The notes beneath the pieces were generated by a model, which was given only the letters and a program-made list of their open reading frames with translations, had not been told where the DNA came from and did not search any database. 64,000 nt of DNA, taken from assembly GCF_988243305.1 (NCBI RefSeq), contig NZ_OZ547136.1, one strand, 5' to 3'. Shown piece after piece: positions 38,620 to 50,753 of this stretch. How positions within the stretch are numbered: position 1 is the stretch's first letter; each line of letters opens with the position of its first letter. The position numbers were made by a program, and so were the translations under genes.

Positions 38620-39126
38620 TTATTTCTTCGCTTCTACGCCATCAGTTTCAGAGCGAATTAAAAATTTCTCAGTTGTTTGCGGAATATGCTGAATCAGCCA
38701 GTCGGCCATTTCTTTTTCCTCATTTAAAATCGCTTCGATGGTTGGAATTGAAGCTGTATCACCGGCATTTTTTGCTGCTGCTAATAGTGAGGTGTAACAG
38801 GCGATTTCAAATTGCTCGAAGACATATCCGCTAATAGAGCCTTTGACTATTTCATCAGAAGGGAATATACCACCGATTGACTGCCCAAGCGCAGCCATTT
38901 TACTCATGGAATCTTTAATGACTGAACGTGAAATGTCATTACGATCAAGAATAGTTTCCAGTTGAACAATCTGGTTTTTGGTTTCACTAAGATGTTGTTC
39001 AATACGAGCGCGTAGTTCAGGATAATTATCTATACGACTAGCCATGGATTCAAGCATAGATTCGGCTTGCTTTTCCATTGCGTGGGCGTCACGTAACCAG
39101 TCATGATAATGTTCAATACGATTCAT
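38620..39126 (-). CDS. yciE: DUF892 ferritin-like stress protein YciE
   Basis: 168 aa; conserved position in the yciE-yciF-yciG-trpA order; which paralogue is which is inferred from length and order. Confidence 0.8.
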   Translation of the reverse strand: MNRIEHYHDWLRDAHAMEKQAESMLESMASRIDNYPELRARIEQHLSETKNQIVQLETILDRNDISRSVIKDSMSKMAALGQSIGGIFPSDEIVKGSISGYVFEQFEIACYTSLLAAAKNAGDTASIPTIEAILNEEKEMADWLIQHIPQTTEKFLIRSETDGVEAKK

Positions 39127-39171
39127 GAAAATGTCCTCTTTATAAAATGACTAAAAGTTAAAGTTCATATT

Positions 39172-39672
39172 TCAGGCTTTATTTTCGGCTTTCTTATTTA
39201 CGTTATTAAGTGCCAGATCAGTCAGTTTGATGTCGGTGGCCTTTTCTTCTTCAAGAGTTTCTTTCAGAAGTTTCGCTGCTTTACGGTAACCTAATTGTTC
39301 AGCCAGCGTCGCTAAGATCCCGTAACTGGCGATCTCATAGTGCTCGACTTTCTGTGCAGCGGCAATCAGTGCGGCATCACGTACTTCGTTTTTCTCGGTA
39401 CTTTCGATGACCTCATTAGCTTCTTCAATGAGACCTTCCATTGCCACACATTTCATGCGCTTAATTTTCAGATTCGATTCAGATTCCACAACTTGATCAA
39501 TACGTTCAATCTGTCCATGTGTTTCCTCGAGGTGCGCATGAAAAGCCTGACTTAATTTTTCGTTTGATGTTGCTCTTGCGAGTTTTGCCAGTGCCCGGGT
39601 TAATTGTTTTTCTGCGCTGTAGGTATCAGAAAGCAGGTGAATAAAGACATCTTCAATGGTCTTCATATTCAT
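39172..39672 (-). CDS. yciF: DUF892 ferritin-like stress protein YciF
   Basis: 166 aa from MNMKTIED; paralogue of the neighbouring gene. Confidence 0.8.
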   Translation of the reverse strand: MNMKTIEDVFIHLLSDTYSAEKQLTRALAKLARATSNEKLSQAFHAHLEETHGQIERIDQVVESESNLKIKRMKCVAMEGLIEEANEVIESTEKNEVRDAALIAAAQKVEHYEIASYGILATLAEQLGYRKAAKLLKETLEEEKATDIKLTDLALNNVNKKAENKA

Positions 39673-39757
39673 ATTTTTCTCCAGTGGAATCACTGCGAGC
39701 CATACGGCCCGCAGATGAAATTATCTTTATCAGCTGATATTAATAATTAACGGTGAA

Positions 39758-39937
39758 TCAGGATTTGCCTGATTTATTACCACCGCTTTGTTGACCGCCT
39801 TTTTTACCCGCTTCAGATGCGCGTTGCGGATCATTTTTAAAATTACCGCCGCTATGCTGACCGCCTTTACGGCCTGCGTCGGATGCCTTCTCACGGTCTT
39901 CGGCGAAATTTCCTGAACCACCACGATGTTCGGCCAT
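39758..39937 (-). CDS. yciG: KGG-repeat stress protein YciG
   Basis: 59 aa with repeated GGxSGG/KGG motifs. Confidence 0.85.
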   Translation of the reverse strand: MAEHRGGSGNFAEDREKASDAGRKGGQHSGGNFKNDPQRASEAGKKGGQQSGGNKSGKS

Positions 39938-40317
39938 GTTATTTCTCCCGTTGCGTTGCATTGTTTGATTAATATGAGTGTTGTGTGTCGACACTCATTA
40001 AAATTAGTCGCTAATGAGAATTAGTCAAATTAAGCGTAACGAGAAGAAAGTGGGAAAATATATTATGAGGAACGTTCTGGATATATTAACAATTGCCTGA
40101 GGAATAAGTGACTTAGAGAAAATTATTTATTTTACTGGTGTTATGTTGCGGGATTAATTTGTTTGATTATATTACTGTTGGGCGGAAAAATAACGTAAGT
40201 TGACGTTCGACAGGGGTAAGCGAAACGGTAAAAAGATAAATATAAAATGAATTTAGGATTTTTCCGGCTTCGTTAAAGAAAGTTAAAATGCCGCCAGCGG
40301 AACTGGCGGCTGTGGGA

Positions 40318-41124
40318 TTAACTGCGCGTCGCCGCTTTCATCGGTTGTACAAAAGCTTTCAGTGCCGCCAGCATTTTCTCTGGCTCATTAATATGTTGCT
40401 CGATGATTTTAACAATGGCCGAACCAGAAATCGCGCCCGCAGCTCCTGCATCAATCGCTGCTTTTACCTGATCCGGGGCGGAAATACCAAAGCCCTGCAA
40501 TGGAGGCGCAGCATTGTACTCTTTCAGCTTCGTGACCAGATGATTGAGGGGTAACGCGGCGCGGTTTTCTGCGCCGGTCACGCCCGCACGTGACAATAAA
40601 TAGGTGTATCCACGACCGTAGGAGGCTATCTGGCGCAGCAAATCATCGTCGGCATTCGGCGGGCAAATAAAGATAGGTGCGACATTATGACGCAACGCGG
40701 CCTGGCGGAAGGGAGCGGACTCTTCCACTGGCACATCGGCAACCAGCACCGAATCGACGCCGACTTTCTCGCACTGGGCATAAAACTCATCAATGCCTTT
40801 GTTAAACACCAGGTTGGCATACATCAAAAGGCCGATGGGAATGGTCGGGTGCTTCTGGCGAATCAGTGCCAGCATCTCAAAGCACTGTGCCGGGGTCACA
40901 CCTGCCGCAAAGGCACGCAGTGTGGCGTTTTGAATCGTCGGGCCATCCGCCAGTGGGTCGGAGAAGGGGATACCTAACTCCAGCGCGTTAGCACCGGCTT
41001 CAATTAGCGTGTCGATAATTTTCAGCGACTGCTCAATGCCCGGATCACCGAGGGTGACGAAAGGAACGAATGCGCCTTCTTTGCGCTCCTTCAACTGGGC
41101 AAACAGAGATTCGTAGCGTTCCAT
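40318..41124 (-). CDS. trpA: Tryptophan synthase alpha subunit
   Basis: 268-aa translation recognised as TrpA ([28 protein letters not shown]...). Confidence 0.98.
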   Translation of the reverse strand: MERYESLFAQLKERKEGAFVPFVTLGDPGIEQSLKIIDTLIEAGANALELGIPFSDPLADGPTIQNATLRAFAAGVTPAQCFEMLALIRQKHPTIPIGLLMYANLVFNKGIDEFYAQCEKVGVDSVLVADVPVEESAPFRQAALRHNVAPIFICPPNADDDLLRQIASYGRGYTYLLSRAGVTGAENRAALPLNHLVTKLKEYNAAPPLQGFGISAPDQVKAAIDAGAAGAISGSAIVKIIEQHINEPEKMLAALKAFVQPMKAATRS

Positions 41125-42317
41125 CAGATTTCCCCTCGTGCTTTCAAAATATCGTGAACGGTGAAGATGTCTTTATCGCCGCGACCGGAAAGGTTAACCA
41201 CCAGTAGCTGCTCTTTTTCCGGGTTTTCGCGCATCATTTTCAGCGCATGGGCCAGGGCGTGGGAGGATTCCAGCGCCGGGATGATCCCTTCGTGCAGGCA
41301 CAGCGTTTTGAAGGCTTCCAGTGCTTCATCATCGGTAATTGACACGTAATCAGCGCGTCCAGTGCTGTTAAGATACGCGTGTTGTGGGCCGACAGACGGG
41401 AAATCCAGTCCGGCGGAGATGGAGTAAGATTCTTCAATCTGCCCGTCTTCGGTTTGCATCATCGGCGCTTTCATACCGAAATAGATGCCCACGCGACCAT
41501 GTTTTAACGGTGCGCCGTGCTCGCCGGTTTCGATACCGTGACCGCCAGGCTCCACACCAATCAGGCCGACGTTGGTTTCGTTGATGAAATCTGCAAACAT
41601 GCCGATGGCATTCGAACCGCCGCCAACACAGGCGATAACGGCATCCGGCAGGCGACCTTCTCTTTCCAGAATCTGTGCTTTGGTTTCTTCGCCAATCATC
41701 CGCTGAAACTCACGGACAATGGTCGGATAAGGATGTGGGCCAGCTGCGGTGCCCAGCATATAGTGCGCGGTTTCATAACTGCCGGACCAGTCGCGCAGCG
41801 CCTCGTTACAGGCATCTTTCAGCGTCGCGGAACCGCTATGTACCGGGATCACTTCCGCACCCATTAAGCGCATACGAAAAACGTTTGGCGACTGGCGTTC
41901 AACGTCTTTGGCACCCATATAAATACGGCATTTCAGGCCGAGCAGGGCACTGGCAAGGGCCGACGCCACGCCATGCTGACCGGCACCGGTTTCGGCGATG
42001 ATTTCGGTTTTACCCATCCGCTTCGCCAGCAAAGCCTGGCCGAGCACCTGGTTAGTTTTATGCGCGCCGCCGTGCAGCAAATCTTCGCGCTTGAGATACA
42101 GCGTGGTGTTAGTGCCAGCCGTAATGTTCTGGCATTTGGTGAGTGCGGTTGGACGCCCGGCATAGTTTTTCAGCAGGTCGTTGAACTGAGCCTGAAATTC
42201 AGGATCTTTTTGCGCGCTGACAAAAGCTTCTTCCAGCTGGCGCAGAGCAGGCATCAGGATTTGTGGCACGTACATGCCGCCAAACTCACCAAAATACGGG
42301 TTAAGTAATGTTGTCAT
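41124..42317 (-). CDS. trpB: Tryptophan synthase beta subunit
   Basis: 397-aa translation recognised as TrpB ([21 protein letters not shown]..., PLP-binding lysine region). Confidence 0.98.
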   Translation of the reverse strand: MTTLLNPYFGEFGGMYVPQILMPALRQLEEAFVSAQKDPEFQAQFNDLLKNYAGRPTALTKCQNITAGTNTTLYLKREDLLHGGAHKTNQVLGQALLAKRMGKTEIIAETGAGQHGVASALASALLGLKCRIYMGAKDVERQSPNVFRMRLMGAEVIPVHSGSATLKDACNEALRDWSGSYETAHYMLGTAAGPHPYPTIVREFQRMIGEETKAQILEREGRLPDAVIACVGGGSNAIGMFADFINETNVGLIGVEPGGHGIETGEHGAPLKHGRVGIYFGMKAPMMQTEDGQIEESYSISAGLDFPSVGPQHAYLNSTGRADYVSITDDEALEAFKTLCLHEGIIPALESSHALAHALKMMRENPEKEQLLVVNLSGRGDKDIFTVHDILKARGEI

Positions 42318-42328
42318 TGTTCCTTTCC

Positions 42329-43690
42329 TTAATATGCGCGCAGCGTCTGGAAAACCGAGGCCAAAAGACGTGCGTCTTTGATGCCCGGTTGCGACTCTAC
42401 AGCAGAATTAAAATCAAGTCCGGCGCAGCCGGTTTGTGCCGCTTCCACGCAGTTATCTGCGCCTAAGCCCCCCGCCAGCAGAACGTTGCCAAGCGATTGA
42501 CCGTTTAACAGTGACCAGTCGAAACGTTGCCCGCTTCCACCCTGGCCGTTGTCGAAAACATATTTATCAATGTGCTGAAGCTCGCGGGCGGGCAGGGTTT
42601 CACCGACGCTTAATGCTTTCCAGATGGCAACGTTTTCAGGCAGCGCACCACGCAGCGTATCGATATACAGCTGATCTTCATTACCATGCAGTTGCACTGC
42701 TGCCAGCGATAACACCTTAGCTTTGTCCACCACATCGGCAATATCGTGATTGCGGAACACGCCAACATACTGCAACGGTGCCGCAGCCATCACTTCCTGC
42801 GCCTGTTCAACGTTGACGCAACGCGGTGATGTCGCAACAAAAATCAACCCACCGTAAATCGCGCCCGCGTCATAAGCTGCTTTAGCATCTTGCCCACGCG
42901 TCAGGCCACATACTTTATTCTCACCCAGCAACACCCGGCGCACGGCGGCGTTCAAATCGTCATGGGCCATCAACGCCGAACCAATCAGAAAACCGTTAGC
43001 GAAGTGGCTTAACTCGCGCACCTGAGCGTAAGTATTGATGCCGGATTCGCTGATTACCGTCACGTTGTGCCCCAGTTTCGGCGCAAGCTCGCGGGTACGG
43101 TTGAGATCAATCGACAAATCGCGCAGGTCGCGGTTGTTAATGCCAACGACCTTTGCCCCCAATGCAATGGCGCGCTCCAGTTCCTCTTCATTACTGACTT
43201 CGGTCAGCACACCCATCTCCAGACTGTGGGCGACGGCGGCAAGCTGGCGATATTGTTCATCGTCCAGCACCGACAGCATTAATAAGCAGGCATCGGCCTG
43301 GTAATAGCGCGCCAGATAGATCTGGTAAGGGTCGATAATAAAGTCTTTACATAAAATCGGCTGGGGGGCGATTTGGCTGACGATGGGGAGGAAATCAAAG
43401 CTCCCCTGGAAATATTTCTCATCGGTCAGCACCGAAATTGCCGAAGCATAATTTCTGTAAACGGTTGCAATGCGTGCCGGATCAAAATCATCGCGGATCA
43501 CGCCTTTTGACGGTGATGCTTTTTTACACTCCAGAATAAACGCCGTGCGTGCACCCTGTAGCGCATCATAAAAATGTCGCGTGCTCGGCTGAACCTCATT
43601 CTGAAAACTGGCCAGCGGTTGCTGCTGTTTGCGGGCTTCTACCCAAATCGCCTTGTCTGCGACGATTTTCGCTAAAACGGTTTGCATCAT
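42329..43690 (-). CDS. trpC: Bifunctional indole-3-glycerol-phosphate synthase / phosphoribosylanthranilate isomerase
   Basis: 453 aa; operon position and sequence. Confidence 0.97.
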   Translation of the reverse strand: MMQTVLAKIVADKAIWVEARKQQQPLASFQNEVQPSTRHFYDALQGARTAFILECKKASPSKGVIRDDFDPARIATVYRNYASAISVLTDEKYFQGSFDFLPIVSQIAPQPILCKDFIIDPYQIYLARYYQADACLLMLSVLDDEQYRQLAAVAHSLEMGVLTEVSNEEELERAIALGAKVVGINNRDLRDLSIDLNRTRELAPKLGHNVTVISESGINTYAQVRELSHFANGFLIGSALMAHDDLNAAVRRVLLGENKVCGLTRGQDAKAAYDAGAIYGGLIFVATSPRCVNVEQAQEVMAAAPLQYVGVFRNHDIADVVDKAKVLSLAAVQLHGNEDQLYIDTLRGALPENVAIWKALSVGETLPARELQHIDKYVFDNGQGGSGQRFDWSLLNGQSLGNVLLAGGLGADNCVEAAQTGCAGLDFNSAVESQPGIKDARLLASVFQTLRAY

Positions 43691-45286
43691 TTACCCTCGT
43701 GCCGCCAGTGCGGTGACTCTGTCGTAAGCAGAACCACTGCGCAGTACCTCAAGAACGGTTTGCGCATTGGCTTGCAGATCTTCATGGCCATGCAGGCGCA
43801 TTAACATGGCGACGTTCGCCGCGACGGCTGCTTCATGGGCGGCGTCGCCTTTACCTTGTAACAAGCGTGTTAAAATGTCACGGTTTTCTTCCGGTGTTCC
43901 GCCTGCCAGTTGCTCCTGGTGGTAGGGTGTCAGGCCAAAATCTTCAGCGGTCAATTGATAGCTCTTAATTTCGCCGTCATGCAGTTCGGCAACGATTGTC
44001 GGCGCGTGTAATGAAACTTCATCCATCCCGCCGCTGTGCACCACTGCCGCGCGTTGATACCCCAGCACGCGCAAGGTTTCGGCAATCGGTAGCACCAGTT
44101 CCGGACTATAAACACCAATTAACGCCAGCGGAGGATGCGCCGGGTTAATCAGTGGCCCCAGCACGTTGAACAGGGTGCGGGTTTTCAGTTGCTGGCGAAC
44201 CGGCATCGCGTGGCGAAATCCGGTGTGATATTTCGGCGCAAAGAGGAAACAGACGCCTAACTCATCCAGCGCCTGGCGCGATTTATCGGCGTTCATATCA
44301 AGATTAATACCGAATGCCGCCAGCAGATCCGACGAACCGGATTTACTGGAGACACTACGGTTGCCGTGTTTCGCCACTTTCAGCCCACAGGCCGCGGCGA
44401 CAAACGCACTGGCGGTAGAAATATTGATGCTGTTACTGCCGTCACCGCCAGTACCGACGATATCAGCAAACAGATAATCCGGGCGCGGGAACGGCGCGGC
44501 GTTTTCCAGTAGCGCGGTTGCTGCTCCGGCGATCTCGTTCGGGTGCTCGCCGCGAATTTTCATGCTCACCAGCGCCGCCGCCAGTTGTTCCGGTTTCAGT
44601 TCGCCACGTACCACCGCTGAAAACAGCTGGTGGCTTTCTTGTTGGCTAAGCGTCTGCGCCTGATACAGTTTTTCCAGAATCGGTTGCAGCGTGTTAGTCG
44701 GTTCCAGTTTCTGCTGCGCCCAGGCCAATGTTTGTTCCAGCAGGCGAGCGCCCTGGGTAGTAAGAATGGATTCCGGATGGAACTGGAATCCACAAACGCG
44801 ATCTGCATCGTGACGCACCGCCATCACCATGCCATTAAAATGGGCGTTGATGGTTAAACCGGCCGGAATGTTACTGCCAACCAGCGAGTGATAACGCGCC
44901 ACTGGCAGCGGGTTTGTTAATCCGGCAAACATCGCCTGACCGTCATGTTCAATACTCGACGCTTTACCGTGAAGAATTTCGCCCGCCTGACCGACATACC
45001 CCCCATAAGCTTCGACAATCGCCTGATGACCGAGGCAAATGCCAATAATTGGCAGCTTGCCGCGCAGGCGGGTGAGGAGTTCTGGCATACAACCGGCTTC
45101 GCTTGGCACACCGGGGCCAGGAGAAAGCATCAGCACCGGATTGCTCATTGTCGCCAGGCGTTCAATTAAGGTCTGCGCCGGAATATGGTTGCGGTAAATC
45201 ACCACGTTATGACCATTGCTGCGCAACTGATCTGCCAGGTTGTAAGTAAAAGAGTCGATATTATCGAGCAGCAGAATGTCAGCCAT
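43691..45286 (-). CDS. trpD: Bifunctional anthranilate synthase component II / anthranilate phosphoribosyltransferase
   Basis: 531 aa; glutamine amidotransferase domain followed by phosphoribosyltransferase domain. Confidence 0.97.
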   Translation of the reverse strand: MADILLLDNIDSFTYNLADQLRSNGHNVVIYRNHIPAQTLIERLATMSNPVLMLSPGPGVPSEAGCMPELLTRLRGKLPIIGICLGHQAIVEAYGGYVGQAGEILHGKASSIEHDGQAMFAGLTNPLPVARYHSLVGSNIPAGLTINAHFNGMVMAVRHDADRVCGFQFHPESILTTQGARLLEQTLAWAQQKLEPTNTLQPILEKLYQAQTLSQQESHQLFSAVVRGELKPEQLAAALVSMKIRGEHPNEIAGAATALLENAAPFPRPDYLFADIVGTGGDGSNSINISTASAFVAAACGLKVAKHGNRSVSSKSGSSDLLAAFGINLDMNADKSRQALDELGVCFLFAPKYHTGFRHAMPVRQQLKTRTLFNVLGPLINPAHPPLALIGVYSPELVLPIAETLRVLGYQRAAVVHSGGMDEVSLHAPTIVAELHDGEIKSYQLTAEDFGLTPYHQEQLAGGTPEENRDILTRLLQGKGDAAHEAAVAANVAMLMRLHGHEDLQANAQTVLEVLRSGSAYDRVTALAARG

Positions 45287-46848
45287 CAGAACGTCTCCTG
45301 TGCATGATGCGCGGTGGCAATAGCGCGCAGTACAGCGCGGGCTTTATTACGGGTTTCGTCGGCTTCCGACTGCGGAACAGAATCAAGTACCACGCCAGCA
45401 CCGGCTTGCACGGTGGCGATACCGTTTTCCACCAGCGCCGAGCGGATCACAATGCAGGTGTCGAGATCGCCATGCGCGGTGAAATAACCTACCGCGCCGC
45501 CGTAGCTGCCGCGGCGACGACCTTCCGCCCCGGCAATTAACTGCATGGCGCGCACTTTCGGCGCGCCGCTTAACGTGCCCATATTCATACAGGCGCGGTA
45601 AGCGTGCAGGGCGTCGAGATCGTGGCGCAGCTCACCGACCACGCGGGAGACGAGGTGCATCACATAAGAATAACGGTCAACTTTGGTGAGATCGGCGACA
45701 TAGCGACTGCCGGGGGTGCAAATACGCGCCAGGTCATTACGGGCGAGATCCACCAGCATCAGATGTTCAGAAAGCTCTTTATGATCGGTACGCATTTCCA
45801 GTTCGATGCGGCTGTCGAGGTCTCTGTCCAGTGAACCATCGGCACGACGACCGCGTGGACGTGTTCCGGCAATGGGGTAGATCTCAATCTGGCGGCTGGT
45901 GGCGTCATACTTGAGCGAACTTTCCGGCGACGCGCCAAACAGGGTGAAATCATCATCCTGCATAAAAAACATGTACGGGCTGGGATTACTCTTTTTCAGC
46001 ACGTAATAGGCCGCCAGCGGTGACGGGCAGGGTAGTGAGAAACGGCGAGATGGCACCACCTGGAAAATCTCTCCGGCGCGAATCGCTTTTTGCAACAAAC
46101 GCACTACGCCACCGAACTCTTCATCGCTCTGGTTACATTCACAATGCATATGCGGCACGGAAACCACCGGCAGCGGTGGCGCGGTTTCGGTCAGCTGCTG
46201 GCGAAGATCGTTCAGGCGAGCAGTGAGACGTTGTTTTTCTTCTTCATTCGGAGCAAAAAGACTGGCCTGAATGCGGGTGCTTTTTTTCTGATGGTCAATC
46301 ACCATCAGCGTTTCAGCGAGATAAAAACAGAAATCAGGACAGTTATTTTCCGCTGCCAGTTGTGGTAAATCTTCAAATCCCGCCACAAGGTCATAAGAGA
46401 ACAGGCCGCCGAAGAACATTGCTTCTCGTTCTTCCTTTGGTACATGCAACAGATTCTGTAATAAGCGGAAAGCGTCAAAAACCGAAAGGGAGCATAAGCG
46501 GGCGTCTTCATCCAGCAGTGGACTGACAGGGGGGAAGCGCAGCACACGGCAGTTTGGTGATTGTTCATTTTCCACACCCGCAGGCAGGGCGTTATCCAGT
46601 AGTGCCAGCAGGGCTTCGCCATTGCCGGAAAGTGCCTGAATTGTGACAGTGTCACCTAATGCTGTAATGCGCAGCGCACTGTCTACCAGCAGCAGGCTTT
46701 TTAAATCATCTTTGCTGTCGATATCTGCGGATTCCAGCAGCAGCGTTGCTGGACGATTCCCACACAACTGGTGAAAAAGCGCAGTCGGGTTGTCGCGATA
46801 AGCGCCTTCGCAGGTTAGCAGTTCAAGAGTCGGTTTTTGTGTTTGCAT
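45286..46848 (-). CDS. trpE: Anthranilate synthase component I
   Basis: 520 aa; operon position and sequence. Confidence 0.97.
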   Translation of the reverse strand: MQTQKPTLELLTCEGAYRDNPTALFHQLCGNRPATLLLESADIDSKDDLKSLLLVDSALRITALGDTVTIQALSGNGEALLALLDNALPAGVENEQSPNCRVLRFPPVSPLLDEDARLCSLSVFDAFRLLQNLLHVPKEEREAMFFGGLFSYDLVAGFEDLPQLAAENNCPDFCFYLAETLMVIDHQKKSTRIQASLFAPNEEEKQRLTARLNDLRQQLTETAPPLPVVSVPHMHCECNQSDEEFGGVVRLLQKAIRAGEIFQVVPSRRFSLPCPSPLAAYYVLKKSNPSPYMFFMQDDDFTLFGASPESSLKYDATSRQIEIYPIAGTRPRGRRADGSLDRDLDSRIELEMRTDHKELSEHLMLVDLARNDLARICTPGSRYVADLTKVDRYSYVMHLVSRVVGELRHDLDALHAYRACMNMGTLSGAPKVRAMQLIAGAEGRRRGSYGGAVGYFTAHGDLDTCIVIRSALVENGIATVQAGAGVVLDSVPQSEADETRNKARAVLRAIATAHHAQETF

Positions 46849-46869
46849 TGTTATTCTCTAATTTTGTTC

Positions 46870-46896
46870 AAAAAAAAGCCCGCTCATCAGGCGGGC
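46870..46896 (-). terminator. trp attenuator (3:4 terminator hairpin plus U-run)
   Basis: On the minus strand: AGCCCGCCTGATGAGCGGGCTTTTTTTT between trpL and trpE. Confidence 0.95.
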
Positions 46897-46939
46897 TGGG
46901 TATCTGATTGCTTTACGCATGGTGAATACACTGCCCGTT

Positions 46940-46984
46940 TCAGGAAGTGCGCCACCAACCTTTCAGTACGAAAATTGCTTTCAT
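46940..46984 (-). CDS. trpL: trp operon leader peptide
   Basis: Minus-strand ORF encodes [14 protein letters not shown] with tandem Trp codons. Confidence 0.97.
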
Positions 46985-47007
46985 TGTCGATACCCTTTTT
47001 ACGTGAA

Positions 47008-47046
47008 CTTGCGTACTAGTTAACTAGTTCAGTGATTAATTGTCAA
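47008..47046 (-). promoter_or_regulatory. trp promoter with TrpR operator
   Basis: Reverse complement reads TTGACAATTAATCACTGAACTAGTTAACTAGTACGCAAG (-35 TTGACA, operator palindrome ACTAGTTAACTAGT). Confidence 0.9.
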
Positions 47047-47121
47047 CAGCTCATTTCAGAATATTTGCCAGAACCGTTATGATGTCGGCGCAAAAAACAT
47101 TATCCAGAACGGGAGTGCGCC

Positions 47122-48003
47122 TTGAGCGACACGAATTACGCAGTGATTTACGACCTGCACAGCCATACCACAGCTTCCGATGGCTGCCTGACGCCAGAAG
47201 CATTGGTGCACCGTGCAGTCGAGATGCGCGTTGGCACCCTGGCGATCACCGACCATGACACCACAGCTGCAATCTCACCAGCAAGAGAGGAAATTTCACG
47301 TTCGGGACTGGCGCTGAATCTTATTCCCGGCGTGGAAATCTCCACGGTCTGGGAAAATCATGAAATTCATATTGTCGGGCTGAATATTGATATTACTCAT
47401 CCGCTAATGTGTGAGTTCCTCGCGCAGCAGACAGAACGGCGCAATCAGCGGGCGCAGCTGATTGCCGAAAGACTTGAAAAAGCGCAAATACCTGGGGCAC
47501 TGGAAGGCGCGCAACGACTGGCGCAGGGCGGTGCGGTGACGCGCGGTCATTTTGCGCGTTTCCTTGTGGAGTGCGGCAAAGCCAGTTCAATGGCGGATGT
47601 CTTTAAAAAATATCTGGCGCGCGGGAAAACCGGATACGTTCCGCCACAGTGGTGTACAATAGAACAAGCTATTGATGTCATTCATCATTCTGGCGGTAAG
47701 GCGGTGCTAGCTCATCCTGGGCGGTACAATCTTAGTGCTAAATGGCTGAAAAGATTGGTTGCGCATTTTGCCGAACACCACGGCGACGCGATGGAAGTCG
47801 CGCAGTGCCAGCAATCGCCCAATGAACGCACCCAGCTGGCGACACTTGCGCGTCAGCATCATTTATGGGCATCACAAGGATCTGATTTTCATCAGCCATG
47901 CCCGTGGATCGAACTGGGTCGTAAACTCTGGCTGCCTGCAGGCGTTGAAGGCGTCTGGCAGCTATGGGAACAGCCGCAGAACACCACAGAGAGGGAATTA
48001 TGA
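47122..48003 (+). CDS. yciV: PHP-domain 5'-3' exoribonuclease (RNase AM, YciV/TrpH)
   Basis: 293 aa; PHP motif DLHSHTTASDG; conserved position divergent from the trp operon. Confidence 0.9.
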   Translation: MSDTNYAVIYDLHSHTTASDGCLTPEALVHRAVEMRVGTLAITDHDTTAAISPAREEISRSGLALNLIPGVEISTVWENHEIHIVGLNIDITHPLMCEFLAQQTERRNQRAQLIAERLEKAQIPGALEGAQRLAQGGAVTRGHFARFLVECGKASSMADVFKKYLARGKTGYVPPQWCTIEQAIDVIHHSGGKAVLAHPGRYNLSAKWLKRLVAHFAEHHGDAMEVAQCQQSPNERTQLATLARQHHLWASQGSDFHQPCPWIELGRKLWLPAGVEGVWQLWEQPQNTTEREL

Positions 48004-48620
48004 GCCAGTTTTTTTATATTCATCCTGATAACCCGCAGCAACGTCTGATCAACCAGGCGGTGGAGATCGTGCGTAAAGGCGGGGTGATTGTTTATCCAAC
48101 CGATTCCGGCTATGCGCTCGGCTGTAAAATTGAAGATAAAAACGCCATGGAGCGTATTTGTCGTATTCGCCAGCTGCCGGACGGTCACAACTTTACCCTG
48201 ATGTGTCGCGATCTTTCTGAACTCTCGACCTATTCATTTGTCGATAACGTTGCGTTTCGTTTAATGAAAAACAACACGCCGGGCAACTATACCTTCATCC
48301 TGAAGGGGACGAAGGAAGTGCCACGCCGTCTGTTGCAGGAAAAACGCAAAACAATCGGTATGCGTGTGCCTTCTAACCCGATTGCGCAGGCGTTGCTTGA
48401 AGCACTTGGCGAACCGATGCTTTCCACTTCGCTAATGCTGCCAGGCAGCGAATTTACCGAATCCGATCCGGAAGAAATTAAAGACCGTCTGGAAAAACAG
48501 GTAGATCTGATTATTCACGGCGGCTATCTCGGGCAGAAACCAACAACAGTTATTGATCTTACCGATGATACGCCGGTCGTGGTGCGTGAAGGCGTAGGTG
48601 ATGTGAAGCCTTTCTTATAA
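48000..48620 (+). CDS. yciO: YrdC/Sua5-family protein YciO
   Basis: 206 aa from MSQFFYIHPDNPQQ; ATGA overlap with the yciV stop. Confidence 0.9.
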   Translation: MSQFFYIHPDNPQQRLINQAVEIVRKGGVIVYPTDSGYALGCKIEDKNAMERICRIRQLPDGHNFTLMCRDLSELSTYSFVDNVAFRLMKNNTPGNYTFILKGTKEVPRRLLQEKRKTIGMRVPSNPIAQALLEALGEPMLSTSLMLPGSEFTESDPEEIKDRLEKQVDLIIHGGYLGQKPTTVIDLTDDTPVVVREGVGDVKPFL

Positions 48621-48647
48621 CAAATTGCGTTCCACGGATGGAAGACT

Positions 48648-50543
48648 ATGGCAGGGAAGTTTCGCTGCATTTTGCTGTTGATAGCAGGGCTGTTTGTAGC
48701 ATCTCTAAGTTATGCAGAAAACAAGGAGATCCCTTCTTATGAAGAAGGGATCTCGCTCTTTGATGTTGAAGCCACTCTGCAACCGGATGGGGTGCTCGAC
48801 ATCAAAGAAAATATTCATTTTCAGGCGCGAAATCAGCAGATTAAGCACGGATTTTATCGTGATTTACCACGACTCTGGATGCAGCCTGATGGGGACGCTG
48901 CACTGCTGAACTATCATATTGTTGGCGTCACCCGTGATGGTATTCCTGAACCCTGGCATCTTGACTGGCATATCGGGTTAATGAGTATTGTCGTGGGCGA
49001 TAAACAACGTTTCTTGCCTCAAGGCGACTATCATTATCAAATTCATTATCAGGTTAAAAATGCTTTCCTGCGTGAGGGAGATTCAGATCTGTTAATCTGG
49101 AACGTGACTGGTAACCACTGGCCGTTTGAAATCTATAAGACCCGATTTTCACTCAAGTTCCCTGATATCGCGGGTAATCCATTTAGCGAAATCGATCTCT
49201 TTACTGGAGAAGAGGGCGACACATATCGAAATGGCCGCATCCTTGAGGACGGAAGAATTGAATCCCGCGATCCGTTTTATCGTGAAGACTTCACGGTCCT
49301 CTACCGCTGGCCTCACGCTTTACTTGGTAATGACCCGGCACCACAAACGACGAATATTTTCAGCCATCTTCTTTTACCCTCCACGTCATCGTTGTTAATT
49401 TGGTTTCCGTGTCTATTCCTGGTTTGTGGATGGTTATATCTCTGGAAGCGCAGGCCGCAATTTACGCCAGTAGATGTGATTGAAACCGATGTCATTCCGC
49501 CAGATTACACGCCCGGCATGTTACGTCTCGATGCGAAGCTGGTTTACGACGATAAAGGTTTTTGTGCCGATATTGTAAATCTGATTGTGAAAGGCAAAAT
49601 TCATATGGAAGATCAGTATGACAAGAACCAGCAAATCCTGATTCGTGTTAATGAAGGCGCGACCAGAAATAATGCGGTATTACTGCCCGCAGAGAAGTTA
49701 TTACTGGAAGCGTTATTTCGTAAAGGCGATAAGGTCGTTCTTACGGGGAGACGCAACAGAGTCTTACGCAGTGCATTTTTACGGATGCAGAAATTTTATC
49801 TGCCGCGTAAAAAGTCTTCGTTTTACCGACCTGATGCGTTTTTGCAATGGGGGGGAATGGCGATATTAGCGGTCATTCTCTACGGTAACCTGAGTCCCGT
49901 AGGCTGGGCAGGAATGAGTCTGGTGGGCGATATGTTTATTATGATCTGCTGGTTTCTTCCTTTTTTATTTTGTTCCCTTGAGCTTTTGTTTGCCCGCGAT
50001 GATGACAAGCCTTGCGTTAATCGTGTAATCATCACTTTGTTTTTACCGCTGATTTGTTCAGGCGTGGCCTTTTACTCTCTCTATATCAATGTCGGAGATG
50101 TATTCTTTTACTGGTATATGCCAGCGGGTTATTTTAGCGCTGTTTTCCTGACCGGTTATCTCACTGGCATAGGGTATATTTTTCTGCCAAAGTTTACCCA
50201 AATTGGGCAGCAACGTTATGCCCACGGTGAAGCTATCGTTAACTATCTTGCGCGTAAAGAGGCGGCAACACACAGTGGGCGGCGGCGGAAAGGGGAAACA
50301 CGGAAACTGGATTACGCATTGTTAGGTTGGGCGGTCTCGGCAAACCTTGGAAAAGAATGGGCAGCACGTATCACGCCGTCACTCACAGCGGCTGTTCACG
50401 CCCCGGAAATTGCCCGTAGTGGCGTTTTGTTTTCATTACAGATGCACCTGAGCCTGGGGGCCAATACCAGTTTGTTGGGGCGAAGTTATTCCGGTGGTGG
50501 TGCTGGCGGCGGGGCGGGTGGCGGAGGCGGTGGTGGCTGGTAA
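48648..50543 (+). CDS. yciQ: DUF2207 inner membrane protein YciQ
   Basis: 631 aa; signal sequence, multiple TM segments, glycine-rich C-terminus. Confidence 0.85.
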   Translation: MAGKFRCILLLIAGLFVASLSYAENKEIPSYEEGISLFDVEATLQPDGVLDIKENIHFQARNQQIKHGFYRDLPRLWMQPDGDAALLNYHIVGVTRDGIPEPWHLDWHIGLMSIVVGDKQRFLPQGDYHYQIHYQVKNAFLREGDSDLLIWNVTGNHWPFEIYKTRFSLKFPDIAGNPFSEIDLFTGEEGDTYRNGRILEDGRIESRDPFYREDFTVLYRWPHALLGNDPAPQTTNIFSHLLLPSTSSLLIWFPCLFLVCGWLYLWKRRPQFTPVDVIETDVIPPDYTPGMLRLDAKLVYDDKGFCADIVNLIVKGKIHMEDQYDKNQQILIRVNEGATRNNAVLLPAEKLLLEALFRKGDKVVLTGRRNRVLRSAFLRMQKFYLPRKKSSFYRPDAFLQWGGMAILAVILYGNLSPVGWAGMSLVGDMFIMICWFLPFLFCSLELLFARDDDKPCVNRVIITLFLPLICSGVAFYSLYINVGDVFFYWYMPAGYFSAVFLTGYLTGIGYIFLPKFTQIGQQRYAHGEAIVNYLARKEAATHSGRRRKGETRKLDYALLGWAVSANLGKEWAARITPSLTAAVHAPEIARSGVLFSLQMHLSLGANTSLLGRSYSGGGAGGGAGGGGGGGW

Positions 50544-50753
50544 TTAAGCTGATGTTAATCGAAACAAGCTTTAACCATAAAGATAGTGTAGTATGTTGCG
50601 CCTCAAAGCCAGGCCGATAAACGTCGAGTCGTTTACTTAAGGCCTGAAGAGTTCAAACAGACTTTACTATCAGTGAGTCAGATGTAAGTTCTGACTCATT
50701 GTTGCACAAAAGCATATCAGACGCCTGGGAAGGCGACACCAAAAGGAAGCTCT